64,000 bases of DNA from Candidatus Omnitrophota bacterium (GTDB lineage: Bacteria; Omnitrophota; Omnitrophia; Omnitrophales; Aquincolibacteriaceae): NCBI GenBank assembly GCA_016196545.1, contig JACPXM010000020.1, positions 4,168 through 68,167 on the forward strand. The letters run 5' to 3'. Below the pieces are notes generated by a model. It had not been told where the DNA came from, made no database searches, and saw nothing but the letters and a program-made list of their open reading frames with translations. Positions 1 through 8,613 of this stretch are shown piece by piece (the first letter of the stretch is position 1; each line of letters begins with the position of its first letter). The position numbers were made by a program, and so were the translations under genes.

Positions 1-8
1 TCCGGCGT

Positions 9-731
9 TTGGAAAAAAAGGGGTGTCGCGTTGAAGCAACGCAAAGGTCAAGCACAGGGATTCGATTCAAAGAACGAATGAATTTGTTTGATTCCGAAGA
101 ATTCCGTTCGGGCCTTTTTGAAATTCAAGATGAAGGCTCTCAGATTCTTTGTGAAAGGATGTCCCCCGTTCCGGGTGAGATCCTTTGGGATGTGTGCGCG
201 GGCGGTGGAGGCAAAAGCCTGGCCCTTGCCGCTCTGATGCAAAATAAAGGGCGCATCCTCGCAACGGACATTCGAACTCAAAAATTAATGGATTTAAAAA
301 AGCGTGCCCGGCGGGCTGCGATCACTAACATTTTTCCAGCAGAACTTGACCGGATTTCTGAAACCCAGGCCATGAAAAAGGGCGCGGATAAAATTCTTGT
401 GGATGCACCGTGCTCCGGTACCGGAACTTTTCGGCGCAATCCCGATGCCAAATGGAAATTAAGGGAAGAAGATTTCGATCGGTTTCAAAGCGAGCAGCTG
501 AAAATTCTGGAAGAAGCGCTCCCTTATCTTAAGCCCGGCGGTGTGCTATATTATGCCACTTGTTCCCTTGAGCCTGAGGAAAATGAAGAGGTGATTGAAG
601 GATTTCTCGAGAGGCACCCGGAATGCCGGCTTGAAACATCCCTACGACTTTATCCCCATCGGGAAGCAACCGACGGGTTTTTTATGGCAACGTTGAAAAA
701 ATTAGAATCTAAAAACGGGGAGAAATCCTAA
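9..731 (+). CDS. RsmB/NOP (Fmu/Sun) family RNA m5C methyltransferase, probably 5'-truncated by window edge
   Basis: Motifs QDEGSQ, DVCAGGGGKS, LVDAPCSGTG, YATCS, DGFF. Confidence 0.92.
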   Translation: MEKKGCRVEATQRSSTGIRFKERMNLFDSEEFRSGLFEIQDEGSQILCERMSPVPGEILWDVCAGGGGKSLALAALMQNKGRILATDIRTQKLMDLKKRARRAAITNIFPAELDRISETQAMKKGADKILVDAPCSGTGTFRRNPDAKWKLREEDFDRFQSEQLKILEEALPYLKPGGVLYYATCSLEPEENEEVIEGFLERHPECRLETSLRLYPHREATDGFFMATLKKLESKNGEKS

Positions 732-1100
732 ATGAAAAAAAGTTGCCTTATATTTTTAATAATTATTTTTTTACTTCCTTCCATTGTTTTTGCGCTCGAT
801 GAAGATGGCCGCACAACGCAGTCGCCGCTTACACGGCCGTGGATGCTCATGGGCCGGGGAGTGGTCAATATCGTGGGCCTTCCCATGGAAATTCCTTTGA
901 CCCTCGCGCGCGAAGGAGATAAGCATTCCTGGCTTTGGCCGGTCAGCTTCCCTCCCAGACTCGTTACAAATATCATCACACGCAGCGCCTCGGCCGTGAA
1001 TGATTTCTTTTTCTTCCCGTGGGTGGCCTCTTTTACGGATGATCTTTCGCCGTGGACGGAACCGATGGGACTTCCGGAATATCCCTGGCAGTTTGAGTAG
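732..1100 (+). CDS. Exported small protein, TIGR04073 (putative exosortase-associated)-like
   Basis: Signal peptide ending VFA; MGRGVVNIVGLPMEIP resembles the family's LGRGxxN..P.EIP motif. Confidence 0.6.
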   Translation: MKKSCLIFLIIIFLLPSIVFALDEDGRTTQSPLTRPWMLMGRGVVNIVGLPMEIPLTLAREGDKHSWLWPVSFPPRLVTNIITRSASAVNDFFFFPWVASFTDDLSPWTEPMGLPEYPWQFE

Positions 1101-1107
1101 ATAAGCC

Positions 1108-1683
1108 GTGACTAAAGTCGATAAAGCCCCCCGCAATCACAAAACCGAAGGCGCTTATGTAAAGAAGGGTCTTATCCTTGTCCATACGGGAGCGGGTAAG
1201 GGAAAAAGCACGGCCGCGTTTGGAACGGCCCTGCGAGCCGTGGGACGGGGCTGGAAAGTGGCGGTGGTTCAATTTATTAAGGGCAAATGGAAAACAGGGG
1301 AAGCCGAGGCCGCCAAAAAATATTTCGGAAAATCCATGGAGTTTTTCCCCATGGGAGACGGCTTTACCTGGGAGACGAAAAATTTTAAGCAGGACGTCCA
1401 AAAGGCCCAGGAGGCCTGGAAGCGATGCGTGAAGTTTTTGCATGACAAAGAGCACGCCCTTGTGATCTTCGATGAAATTAATTATGTCCTGAAATACAAT
1501 TTTTTAGACGTGAAAGAGGTTCTTCGGGAGCTGAAAAAAAAACCACCGATGAAGCACGTGATTCTCACCGGTGGCGGGGTCCCCGAAGAATTGATTGAAA
1601 TCGCAGACCTCGTCACCGAAATGAAATGCATCAAACATCCCTATCAGAAGGGCATCAAAGCGCAGCCCGGCATAGAGTACTAG
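1108..1683 (+). CDS. cobO: Cob(I)alamin adenosyltransferase CobA/CobO/BtuR
   Basis: HTGAGKGKSTAAFG P-loop, VQFIKG, GDGFTW, DEINY, ADLVTEM, KHPY...GIEY. Confidence 0.95.
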   Translation: MTKVDKAPRNHKTEGAYVKKGLILVHTGAGKGKSTAAFGTALRAVGRGWKVAVVQFIKGKWKTGEAEAAKKYFGKSMEFFPMGDGFTWETKNFKQDVQKAQEAWKRCVKFLHDKEHALVIFDEINYVLKYNFLDVKEVLRELKKKPPMKHVILTGGGVPEELIEIADLVTEMKCIKHPYQKGIKAQPGIEY

Positions 1684-1697
1684 TTATCCTGAATTGC

Positions 1698-2081
1698 ATG
1701 GCCATCCATTGCCCCAAATGCGGAATGAAACATGATGTGGTGAAATTTGAGGAAGGCCGGCGTGTCAAATGTCGCTGTGGCCTGAAACTCGATTTAGGTT
1801 TAATGCAGACGGTGGATGATTTTCTGCGATTTTTTGAAAGTGAAAAGGAAAGAAAAAAGGCCAAGGAAATTCAGGACCACGCCGAGCAGATTTGCCAGAT
1901 GATTTTAGATGAGCATTCCGCGGATATCGATATTGAAATTGCGAAGCAGAAATTAAGAGAAAAAGTGGAGTCCTATTTTCCCGACAAGCTTGAAACCTAC
2001 CGCATGATTTATGAGGCCCGCTTCAGACGTCTTTGGGAGCAATTCCGAGCGCCTGGCGGGCAAGATCCGGCCGGTCCGTAA
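1698..2081 (+). CDS. Hypothetical protein with N-terminal zinc ribbon and helical C-domain
   Basis: ATG 1698; CPKC...CRC; C-terminal MIYEARFRRLWEQFR. Confidence 0.7.
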   Translation: MAIHCPKCGMKHDVVKFEEGRRVKCRCGLKLDLGLMQTVDDFLRFFESEKERKKAKEIQDHAEQICQMILDEHSADIDIEIAKQKLREKVESYFPDKLETYRMIYEARFRRLWEQFRAPGGQDPAGP

Positions 2082-2814
2082 TAATTCCATCCACTCCCCG
2101 CTGGCCCAGTTGTTGGATGTGGTGGCGATCATTAATCGTCCAAAAAAAGACGCGCATTTTTCGGCGCTTTAAAAAAGCAATCATTTCTGAGCTATCCAGC
2201 GCGAACTTAAATTTTTTAGGCGGGAGGCTCGCCACCGCGAAGGAATCAATTTTTCGCGGGTCCTCTTTTTTCTGTTTAAAATCCACGACCTGTTCCAAAA
2301 TTTGTCTTTGAGAAAGAAAGCGCGAAATTTCCGGAAACTCCCGGGCAAGCGTTTCAGCAACCCTGAAATGCTTGGATCCCACAATGACGCGCGAGCTGGC
2401 TTTAAAACGGTCCACAAGCTGCATGACGGAGCGGGTAGTTTCCACGGAATTTTCCTTGATCTCGATTGCAAACATTTTTTCCGGATATCGATCAAAGACC
2501 TGTTCCAGCGTCGGAATCTTGAGGCCTTTGCCGCGTTCGGGAAAGGATTTATTTTTTTGAGGGTCAAAGCGAAATCCGGCGTCCAGGGATTCGATTTCCC
2601 CCAAGGTCTTTTGAAAAATATAGCCGGAACCGTTTGTGGTGCGCTCAAGCCGGGCATCGTGTAAAATGACGGGAATTTTGTCGCGGGTCCTATGCACGTC
2701 GAATTCAATCATGTCCGCCTGCATTGGGCCCAGGGCCAGATCAAAGGACTCAAGCGTATTTTCCGGCAAATAGGCACCAGCCCCGCGATGGCCAATTACA
2801 AAAGGGTGTTTCAT
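2023..2814 (-). CDS. Glycerophosphodiester phosphodiesterase (GDPD)
   Basis: GHRGA, PENT, IEFDV, LHD, IEIK, WTIND, GIITDRPD. Confidence 0.93.
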   Translation of the reverse strand: MKHPFVIGHRGAGAYLPENTLESFDLALGPMQADMIEFDVHRTRDKIPVILHDARLERTTNGSGYIFQKTLGEIESLDAGFRFDPQKNKSFPERGKGLKIPTLEQVFDRYPEKMFAIEIKENSVETTRSVMQLVDRFKASSRVIVGSKHFRVAETLAREFPEISRFLSQRQILEQVVDFKQKKEDPRKIDSFAVASLPPKKFKFALDSSEMIAFLKRRKMRVFFWTINDRHHIQQLGQRGVDGIITDRPDLARQALGIAPKDV

Positions 2815-3582
2815 ATGATTTGCGTCATTTTAGTCGAACCGGAGTCTTCTGACAATATCGGAGCTGTCGCAAGGGCCATGAAAAATATGGGCCTGGCGGA
2901 TCTCAGGCTTATTTTGCCTCCGAAAGACTTCAAAAGGAAGGCCAAAAAAATGGCCATGTCGGCGCAGGGCACCCTTCGCCGGGCAAGGGTTTTTAAGGAT
3001 TTAAAATCGGCCTCCAAAGATTTGCAGTTTTTGATAGGAACAACCCGTCGGTTGGGGAAAAAAAGAGGCTATTCACTGGAGTTTTCCGAGGCCCTTTATA
3101 AACTTTTAAGCTCAGGGCTCAAGTCCGGGATTGTCTTTGGCAAAGAATCCAAGGGATTGGCGAATTCGGATTTATCTCTTTGCGATGCCGTTGTAACGAT
3201 TCCTTCTTCTTCAAAATATCCTTCGCTTAATCTTGCCCAGGCCGTGATGATTTTTGCATTTGAGTTATTTTTTAAATCATCCCAAGCGAAGGCGGGCCGG
3301 CCGGCTCCAGCCTTAGTCTCCAAGGCCAGAATTCACAACATCCTTCAATGGATGCATGAGGCCTTAACGGTCCTTAAATATCACCCTGAAGTCATCCAAC
3401 GCATTCAAGTTACTTTTTCAAATTTGTTGAAGCGAGCGGGTTTGGAAGAACCCGAGGCACAGATGTTCACGGGATTGTTTCAAAGAATCCATCAGCAAAA
3501 ATCAATCGGTACCAGGTTCCTTTTTAAAAAAAGGAACCTGGTACCTTTCGGGGCTCCATGCTACAATTTTCCGCATGAATGA
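2815..3582 (+). CDS. trmJ: TrmJ/LasT family SPOUT tRNA 2'-O-methyltransferase with C-terminal extension
   Basis: Start ATG 2815 (MICVILVEP); NIGAVARAMKNMG, VFGKE..GL, SLNLAQAV. Confidence 0.9.
   Translation: MICVILVEPESSDNIGAVARAMKNMGLADLRLILPPKDFKRKAKKMAMSAQGTLRRARVFKDLKSASKDLQFLIGTTRRLGKKRGYSLEFSEALYKLLSSGLKSGIVFGKESKGLANSDLSLCDAVVTIPSSSKYPSLNLAQAVMIFAFELFFKSSQAKAGRPAPALVSKARIHNILQWMHEALTVLKYHPEVIQRIQVTFSNLLKRAGLEEPEAQMFTGLFQRIHQQKSIGTRFLFKKRNLVPFGAPCYNFPHE
3508..3545. repeat. Palindromic REP-like element (GGTACCAGGTTCC family) inside trmJ 3' end
   Basis: ggtaccaggttccttttt-aa-aaaaaggaacctggtacc, 18-bp arms; half-site aaggaacctggtacct recurs near 43149. Confidence 0.85.
3559..3567 (+). 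promoter_or_regulatory. Extended -10 promoter (TGcTACAAT) for probably leaderless pyrE
   Basis: TACAAT 3562-3567, 7 nt before ATG 3575, no SD. Confidence 0.55.
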
Positions 3583-4123
3583 ACAGGAACTCAAAGAGGA
3601 ACTCCTAAAACTTCTTAAAGAAAAAGCAGTGATTCGCGGCTCGCGTACGCTCGCTTCCGGAAAAAAGTCAGATTATTACATCGATGGCAAGCAGATCACG
3701 CTGGATTCTCACGGACTTTTAATCGTCGGAAAATTGATTCTCTCACTCATCCACGGAACGAATGCGGATGCGGTGGGCGGACCCACGCTTGGAGCAGATC
3801 CTCTGGCTTCCGCGGTAGCCCTTCTAAGTTCTCATACCGGAAAACCGCTGAAAGCCTTTATTGTCCGCAAGGAAGCCAAAAAACACGGTATGCAAAAAAT
3901 GATTGAAGGTCCCTTGTTAAAGCTCGGAGACAAGGTCGTTATTGTGGAAGATGTCATTACGACGGGCGGCTCGGTCTTGACGGCCATTCAAGAAGTTGAA
4001 AAAATCGGAGCAAAAATAGTAAAAGTGATTTGCCTCGTGGATAGGAACGAAGGTGCCTTCGAAAAACTCTCGCCGTATAATTACTCGCCGATCTTTACGT
4101 TAAGTGATTTGGGACTCAAATAA
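3575..4123 (+). CDS. pyrE: Orotate phosphoribosyltransferase
   Basis: LASGKKSDYYID, GGPTLGADP, VRKEAKKHG, VEDVITTGGS. Confidence 0.95.
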   Translation: MNEQELKEELLKLLKEKAVIRGSRTLASGKKSDYYIDGKQITLDSHGLLIVGKLILSLIHGTNADAVGGPTLGADPLASAVALLSSHTGKPLKAFIVRKEAKKHGMQKMIEGPLLKLGDKVVIVEDVITTGGSVLTAIQEVEKIGAKIVKVICLVDRNEGAFEKLSPYNYSPIFTLSDLGLK

Positions 4124-4170
4124 AACAAACCGGGGACAGGTTTGAATTTCAAGCCTGTCCCCGGTTTGTT
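4124..4170. terminator. Long hairpin between convergent genes (bidirectional terminator / GGGACAG..CTGTCCC REP-like)
   Basis: aacaaaccggggacaggtttgaa-t-ttcaagcctgtccccggtttgtt, 23-bp arms with one G-U. Confidence 0.8.
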
Positions 4171-4185
4171 ACTTACCCCTTAAAA

Positions 4186-4671
4186 CTATTTCTTTACATA
4201 CTCCATCGGGTCATGTTGCTTGGCAGGAACCACGGGTTCCTCCGCGATGACGGTTGAAGCAACCGGAGTAGCGTAGGTTGAACCCGCCTCGGGAGCAGGA
4301 GCCGCAACCTCATCCATTTCGAGACAATTGGAATAAGAACGTCCCACCGGAATCCCATTAAATCCGGGTACCCAGAATGTTGCAACATCCAGAACTCCCG
4401 AAGTCGCACGAAGCGCAGTGCATCCAATGCCGCCGCCGAGACCTGTAAGAGTGCCCACAAAAGGAGGTCCTTCTTGTGTGCCTTCGACCGTCTGAACAAT
4501 GACGTCCACAAAACAAGTGACCGCATTTAAAAGACCCCGTCCCAGCATACCGCCGGCTTTCTTTCCGTATTTATCTGATTGTGCCATGTCCCAAACGGTT
4601 TCTTGAGCAAAAGCCGTTGATGTCAGGCCGAGCAAAACAAGGACTGCAATGAGCATAATCCCTTTTTTCAT
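4186..4671 (-). CDS. Exported protein, TIGR04073-like (second paralog)
   Basis: Signal peptide ending AFA; KKAGGMLGRGLLNAVT; glycine-rich helices; SD AAGGAG upstream. Confidence 0.65.
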   Translation of the reverse strand: MKKGIMLIAVLVLLGLTSTAFAQETVWDMAQSDKYGKKAGGMLGRGLLNAVTCFVDVIVQTVEGTQEGPPFVGTLTGLGGGIGCTALRATSGVLDVATFWVPGFNGIPVGRSYSNCLEMDEVAAPAPEAGSTYATPVASTVIAEEPVVPAKQHDPMEYVKK

Positions 4672-4848
4672 TGAGCTTACTCCTTTGTTTAATGAGGCGT
4701 TTGATGAAGTGCCGAAAAAACGGAAAATAGCATATTACAAATAATCAAATGAAGCAATAATTTTCTTCCGACCATCAAACACACTTTAACTCAAGGCTAT
4801 TAAAGGAGTTAAGGCGTCGCTTTTGGATATAATAATAACTATCAAAAC

Positions 4849-4877
4849 TTGACAATTTATAGTGATGATATTACTAT
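4849..4877 (+). promoter_or_regulatory. Sigma70-type promoter for HTH/upxY/glycan operon
   Basis: TTGACA(4849-54)-17 nt-TACTAT(4872-77) in AT-rich divergent intergenic region. Confidence 0.75.
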
Positions 4878-4935
4878 TTAGTCTAGATTATAACTCTAAC
4901 GATCTTTAACTCAAAAGGAAGAACAGGAACAAACA

Positions 4936-5148
4936 ATGGAACATCAAAAAATTGAACATCCGAAAAGACCCGAACGCACCCAAATCATGACGCCCAAAGA
5001 AGCAGCCAAGTATCTGGGCTTTCACTTGGTGACGATTTACCGGCTTCTAAAAAAGCACGAAATCCCGGCCACGAAAATCGGCGGACAGTGGCGCTTTAAA
5101 AAGGATGTTTTGGATGCCTGGCTCCTTGACCGGATGAACAAAGAATAA
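4936..5148 (+). CDS. Excisionase-like HTH_17 (Xis/BldC-type) DNA-binding protein
   Basis: MTPKEAAKYLGFHLVTIYRL...IPATKIGGQWRF. Confidence 0.9.
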   Translation: MEHQKIEHPKRPERTQIMTPKEAAKYLGFHLVTIYRLLKKHEIPATKIGGQWRFKKDVLDAWLLDRMNKE

Positions 5149-5249
5149 ATTTTAGAATACCCCACGACAATTCCATCAAACGAAAGACAGGGATAAAAAA
5201 TCCTTTGTCCAGGAGCATTGTGTGCGGGTTATGAATTTAAGAGAACGCC

Positions 5250-5807
5250 ATGATTGAGCTTGCAGACTCTCCTAAGGTGGCGGCTTCCATGTTGGATGAA
5301 GACCATCGCAAATGGCATGAAGCCTATTGGTATGCCCTTTATACTCGAAGCCGTCACGAAAAATTTATCCGTGGAGAACTTGAGAAAAAGGGGATTGAAA
5401 CCTTTCTTCCCCTGAAGCGCGTCACACGCCGGTGGTCCGACCGAAAAAAAGTTATCGAAGAACCCCTTTTTAAGGGATATTTATTCGTCCATACGCCTCT
5501 TATAAACCGAATTTCTATTTTAAATACCAAGGGAGCCGTCCGATTTGTAGGGCCCTCGGTTTCTCCCCTTCAGGTTTCCGAAACAGAACTTGCCTCAATC
5601 CGCCATTTTATGGAAAACGAGCTCCCCATGGACCCTTTCCCTTACCTTAAGGAGGGAGAGCGCGTTTACATTCGCTCCGGACCCATGAAGGGCGTAGAAG
5701 GTTTTATTGTACGTAAAGATAAGCACTGCCGTCTGGTCATTTCACTCGACTTATTAATGCAGTCCGTATCGGTTTTGGTGGATCAAGCCATCGTCGAGAA
5801 GTTATGA
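5250..5807 (+). CDS. UpxY/LoaP/RfaH-type NusG-paralog transcription antiterminator
   Basis: WYALYTRSRHEK, RWSDRKKVIEEPLFKGYLFV, KOW motif GERVYIRSGPMKGVEG; precedes polysaccharide genes. Confidence 0.92.
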   Translation: MIELADSPKVAASMLDEDHRKWHEAYWYALYTRSRHEKFIRGELEKKGIETFLPLKRVTRRWSDRKKVIEEPLFKGYLFVHTPLINRISILNTKGAVRFVGPSVSPLQVSETELASIRHFMENELPMDPFPYLKEGERVYIRSGPMKGVEGFIVRKDKHCRLVISLDLLMQSVSVLVDQAIVEKL

Positions 5808-5817
5808 ATAGGTAGGA

Positions 5818-5907
5818 CATAGCGCAGAGCCCAGGCGTAAAAGTTGTGTTATGGATTTTGAAGCTCTGGAGGTTACAGCTTCCTGTGACTGAAGGGGCGA
5901 AGCTATG
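5818..5907 (+). promoter_or_regulatory. Candidate structured cis-regulatory RNA between antiterminator and first biosynthetic gene
   Basis: Nested pairings CATAGC/GCTATG, CAGAGC/GCTCTG, alternative GAAGCT/AGCTTC. Confidence 0.3.
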
Positions 5908-5924
5908 AAAAGGGGAAATTCAAA

Positions 5925-6899
5925 ATGAGCTATTGGACCTGTAAAAAAGTGCTGGTAACGGGAGGGGCGGGCTTTATCGGTTCCTATTTGGCGGAAGGGC
6001 TTGTCAATGCCGGTGCCGAAGTTACGGTGGCTGACAATCTCAACCGGGGAAGCCGGGAGCGGCTTGAATCTGTGATTTCAAAAATTCAGTTGAGGGAAGT
6101 CGACCTTTTTAATTCCACCCATTGTGACGAAGTCTGCAAAGGCCAGGATATAGTCTTGAACTTGGCGGCCAAGGTGACAGGGATTGAATATAACCGCTTT
6201 CATATGGCGGACATGTTTGAGGCGAATATGAAACTTCAAATCAACATGCTTCATGCCGCAGCCGATGCCGGCGTGAAACGTTTTTTACAAGTCAGTACCG
6301 CGTGCATTTATCCGCACGATGCAAAGGTTCCCACACCGGAATCGGAGGGAGATCGCGGCTCGCCGGAGCCCACCAACGAAGGTTATGGATTTGCTAAATT
6401 AATGGGGGAGAAGCTTGCAAAATATTATACGCGTGAGCGAAAAATTGAGGTGCTCATCGGCCGGCCTTTTAATGCCTATGGGCCTCGGGATCATTTTGAT
6501 GAAGCAACCAGTCATGTCATCCCTGCCATTATGAAGCGTGTTTTAGAGGGCGAGGATCCCGTCGTGATTTGGGGATCCGGCAATCAATCGCGCGTGTTTG
6601 TCCACGCCAAAGACATTGCGCGGGGCATGATGCTTCTTACCGAAAAAGCTCCGGCCGCAACGCCGATCAATATCGGCCATGACCAGGAAGTGGCCATCAA
6701 GGAACTCTTTGAGCTCATTTGCAAAGTGACGGGCAAAAATCCAAGGCCCTATTATGACACCACCAAACCCGACGGCTATCCGCGCCGGGCGGCTGATGTC
6801 AAGCTCCTTCGTAAATACACAGGGTTTGTTCCCTCGATTTCGCTTGAGGACGGCTTAAAAGAGATGTTTGATTATTTTCTTGCCAAGAAAAATTCTTGA
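5925..6899 (+). CDS. NAD-dependent nucleotide-sugar epimerase/reductase (extended SDR)
   Basis: TGGAGFIG, YGFAK (YxxxK), NAYGPRD, WGSGNQSR. Confidence 0.92.
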   Translation: MSYWTCKKVLVTGGAGFIGSYLAEGLVNAGAEVTVADNLNRGSRERLESVISKIQLREVDLFNSTHCDEVCKGQDIVLNLAAKVTGIEYNRFHMADMFEANMKLQINMLHAAADAGVKRFLQVSTACIYPHDAKVPTPESEGDRGSPEPTNEGYGFAKLMGEKLAKYYTRERKIEVLIGRPFNAYGPRDHFDEATSHVIPAIMKRVLEGEDPVVIWGSGNQSRVFVHAKDIARGMMLLTEKAPAATPINIGHDQEVAIKELFELICKVTGKNPRPYYDTTKPDGYPRRAADVKLLRKYTGFVPSISLEDGLKEMFDYFLAKKNS

Positions 6900-6921
6900 G
6901 GGGGAGTTTAAACTTTAGGTT

Positions 6922-8016
6922 TTGCGAATTTTAGTTCTACTTTCGGATGCCTTTGGCGGATTTGGCGGTATCGCCAAGTTTAATCGAGATTTATTAAAAG
7001 CCCTTTGTTCTTTTTCGGAGGTTGAAGAAGTTGTCGCGATTCCCCGGAAAGCTTCCGAAACGATCGGGGAACTGCCTTCAAAGTTAGTTTATATCACCGA
7101 GGCCCTGAATCATAAAGGGAAGTATCTTCTTACTATTTTTAAAGTCCTATACCGCAAATCCGATTTTGATTTGATCCTTTGCGGGCATATTCATCTTCTT
7201 TTTTTGGCCTTTCTGGTTAAAAGCCTGCTCGGGAAGGGGCAATTAGTCCTTATGGCTCACGGTATCGAAGTTTGGAGGCCGCGGCATTTTTTGACCCGTT
7301 GGGCTGCCGGGCAAGTCAATGTTTTAATTTCAGTCAGCCGGTTTACGGAAAATCAATTTCAAAAATGGGCCTCTCTTCGAAAGGCGCGGCCCTTTCTTCT
7401 TCCGAATAGCGTTGATTTAGATCAGTTTAAACCCGGTGCAAAAAGAAGTGACTTAATGAACCGATACGGTCTTGAGGGAAAAAAAATTATCATGACGCTC
7501 GCCAGGCTTAACGCATCCGAGCGCTACAAAGGAATTGATGAAGTCCTCGAAGCACTGCCCGCACTGATTTCAGAAATCCCGGATATTCTCTATCTGATCG
7601 TGGGAGACGGTACGGACCGCAAGCGTTTTGAGCGGAAAGTCCAAAGTTTGAATTTAAACAAGCAGGTTATTTTTGCGGGCCAGATTTCAGAAGCAGAAAA
7701 AGTGGATTATTATCGATTGGCCGATGTCTTTGTCATGCCAGGCCGCGGGGAGGGATTCGGGATTGTTTATTTGGAAGCCCTTGCCTCGGGCATTCCCGTC
7801 ATCGGGAGCAAACGGGATGCCAGCCGGGAAACTTTGTGCGAGGGGGAACTGGGAATTTTAGTGGACCCGGATAATCCCAAGGAAATTCAATCCGCAATCA
7901 AAGAAGCTTTCAACAAACCCAGAAACGATGTTTCCCAAAAACTTCGCATTTTCTCAACGGATCATTTCAACGAAAGCCTTCATCAAATCCTGAATGAGGT
8001 CGCAGGGCGCAACTGA
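6922..8016 (+). CDS. Glycosyltransferase family 4
   Basis: YKGID, EGFGIVYLEALASG. Confidence 0.92.
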   Translation: MRILVLLSDAFGGFGGIAKFNRDLLKALCSFSEVEEVVAIPRKASETIGELPSKLVYITEALNHKGKYLLTIFKVLYRKSDFDLILCGHIHLLFLAFLVKSLLGKGQLVLMAHGIEVWRPRHFLTRWAAGQVNVLISVSRFTENQFQKWASLRKARPFLLPNSVDLDQFKPGAKRSDLMNRYGLEGKKIIMTLARLNASERYKGIDEVLEALPALISEIPDILYLIVGDGTDRKRFERKVQSLNLNKQVIFAGQISEAEKVDYYRLADVFVMPGRGEGFGIVYLEALASGIPVIGSKRDASRETLCEGELGILVDPDNPKEIQSAIKEAFNKPRNDVSQKLRIFSTDHFNESLHQILNEVAGRN

Positions 8017-8611
8017 TTTGAAGACGCCGGGGATTACCGCATTTCACACGCTCCTCTATTTTTTAAAGATCCATGAAGCCCATACTCAAACCACCCAAAA
8101 AGAGCGGGAAGCCTTATCGAAATATTCTTCAGGGAAGAAAAAGGCCGTCGAAATTGGTGTTTATGAAGGAGTTAATACGCGAATCATTGCGCAGCATTTA
8201 GATTCTCAAGGAGTTTTATATGCAGTCGACCCTTTTTTCCGCGGAAGAATCGGGATTTGTTGGAATGAATTTATTGCGCGAGGAGAAATTCGCCGGGGAA
8301 AAGTTAAAAACGTGGTTCAATTTGTTCATGCGACAAGCCATGAAGCGACTCAAACACTAAAAGGTCAATTCGATTTTATTTTTATAGATGCGGATCATTC
8401 TTATGAAGGAATCAAGTCTGATTGGGAAGATTGGTCCCCACGAATCGAAAAAGAGGGGATTATCGCATTGCATGATACTCAAGTTCCCGACCATGACGCT
8501 AGTATTGCTCAACTGGGCTCTTACCGATTTTTTCAGGAGCATATTCGACAGGATGCGCGATTCGAAATCCTGAAACAGACGGACTCTTTGAGTATTTTAA
8601 AGCGAAAATAA
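7994..8611 (+). CDS. Class I SAM methyltransferase (Methyltransf_24-like)
   Basis: VEIGVYEG, FIFIDADHSYE, IALHD. Confidence 0.85.
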   Translation: MRSQGATDLKTPGITAFHTLLYFLKIHEAHTQTTQKEREALSKYSSGKKKAVEIGVYEGVNTRIIAQHLDSQGVLYAVDPFFRGRIGICWNEFIARGEIRRGKVKNVVQFVHATSHEATQTLKGQFDFIFIDADHSYEGIKSDWEDWSPRIEKEGIIALHDTQVPDHDASIAQLGSYRFFQEHIRQDARFEILKQTDSLSILKRK

Positions 8612-8613
8612 AA

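Noticed and set aside
2692-2814. Longer trmJ N-terminus from the ORF track
   Set aside because: Overlaps GDPD antisense; family homology begins at ATG 2815
4936-5148. Excisionase-like gene as marker of a prophage or ICE
   Set aside because: No integrase, att-like tRNA or phage genes in the window; more likely a regulator
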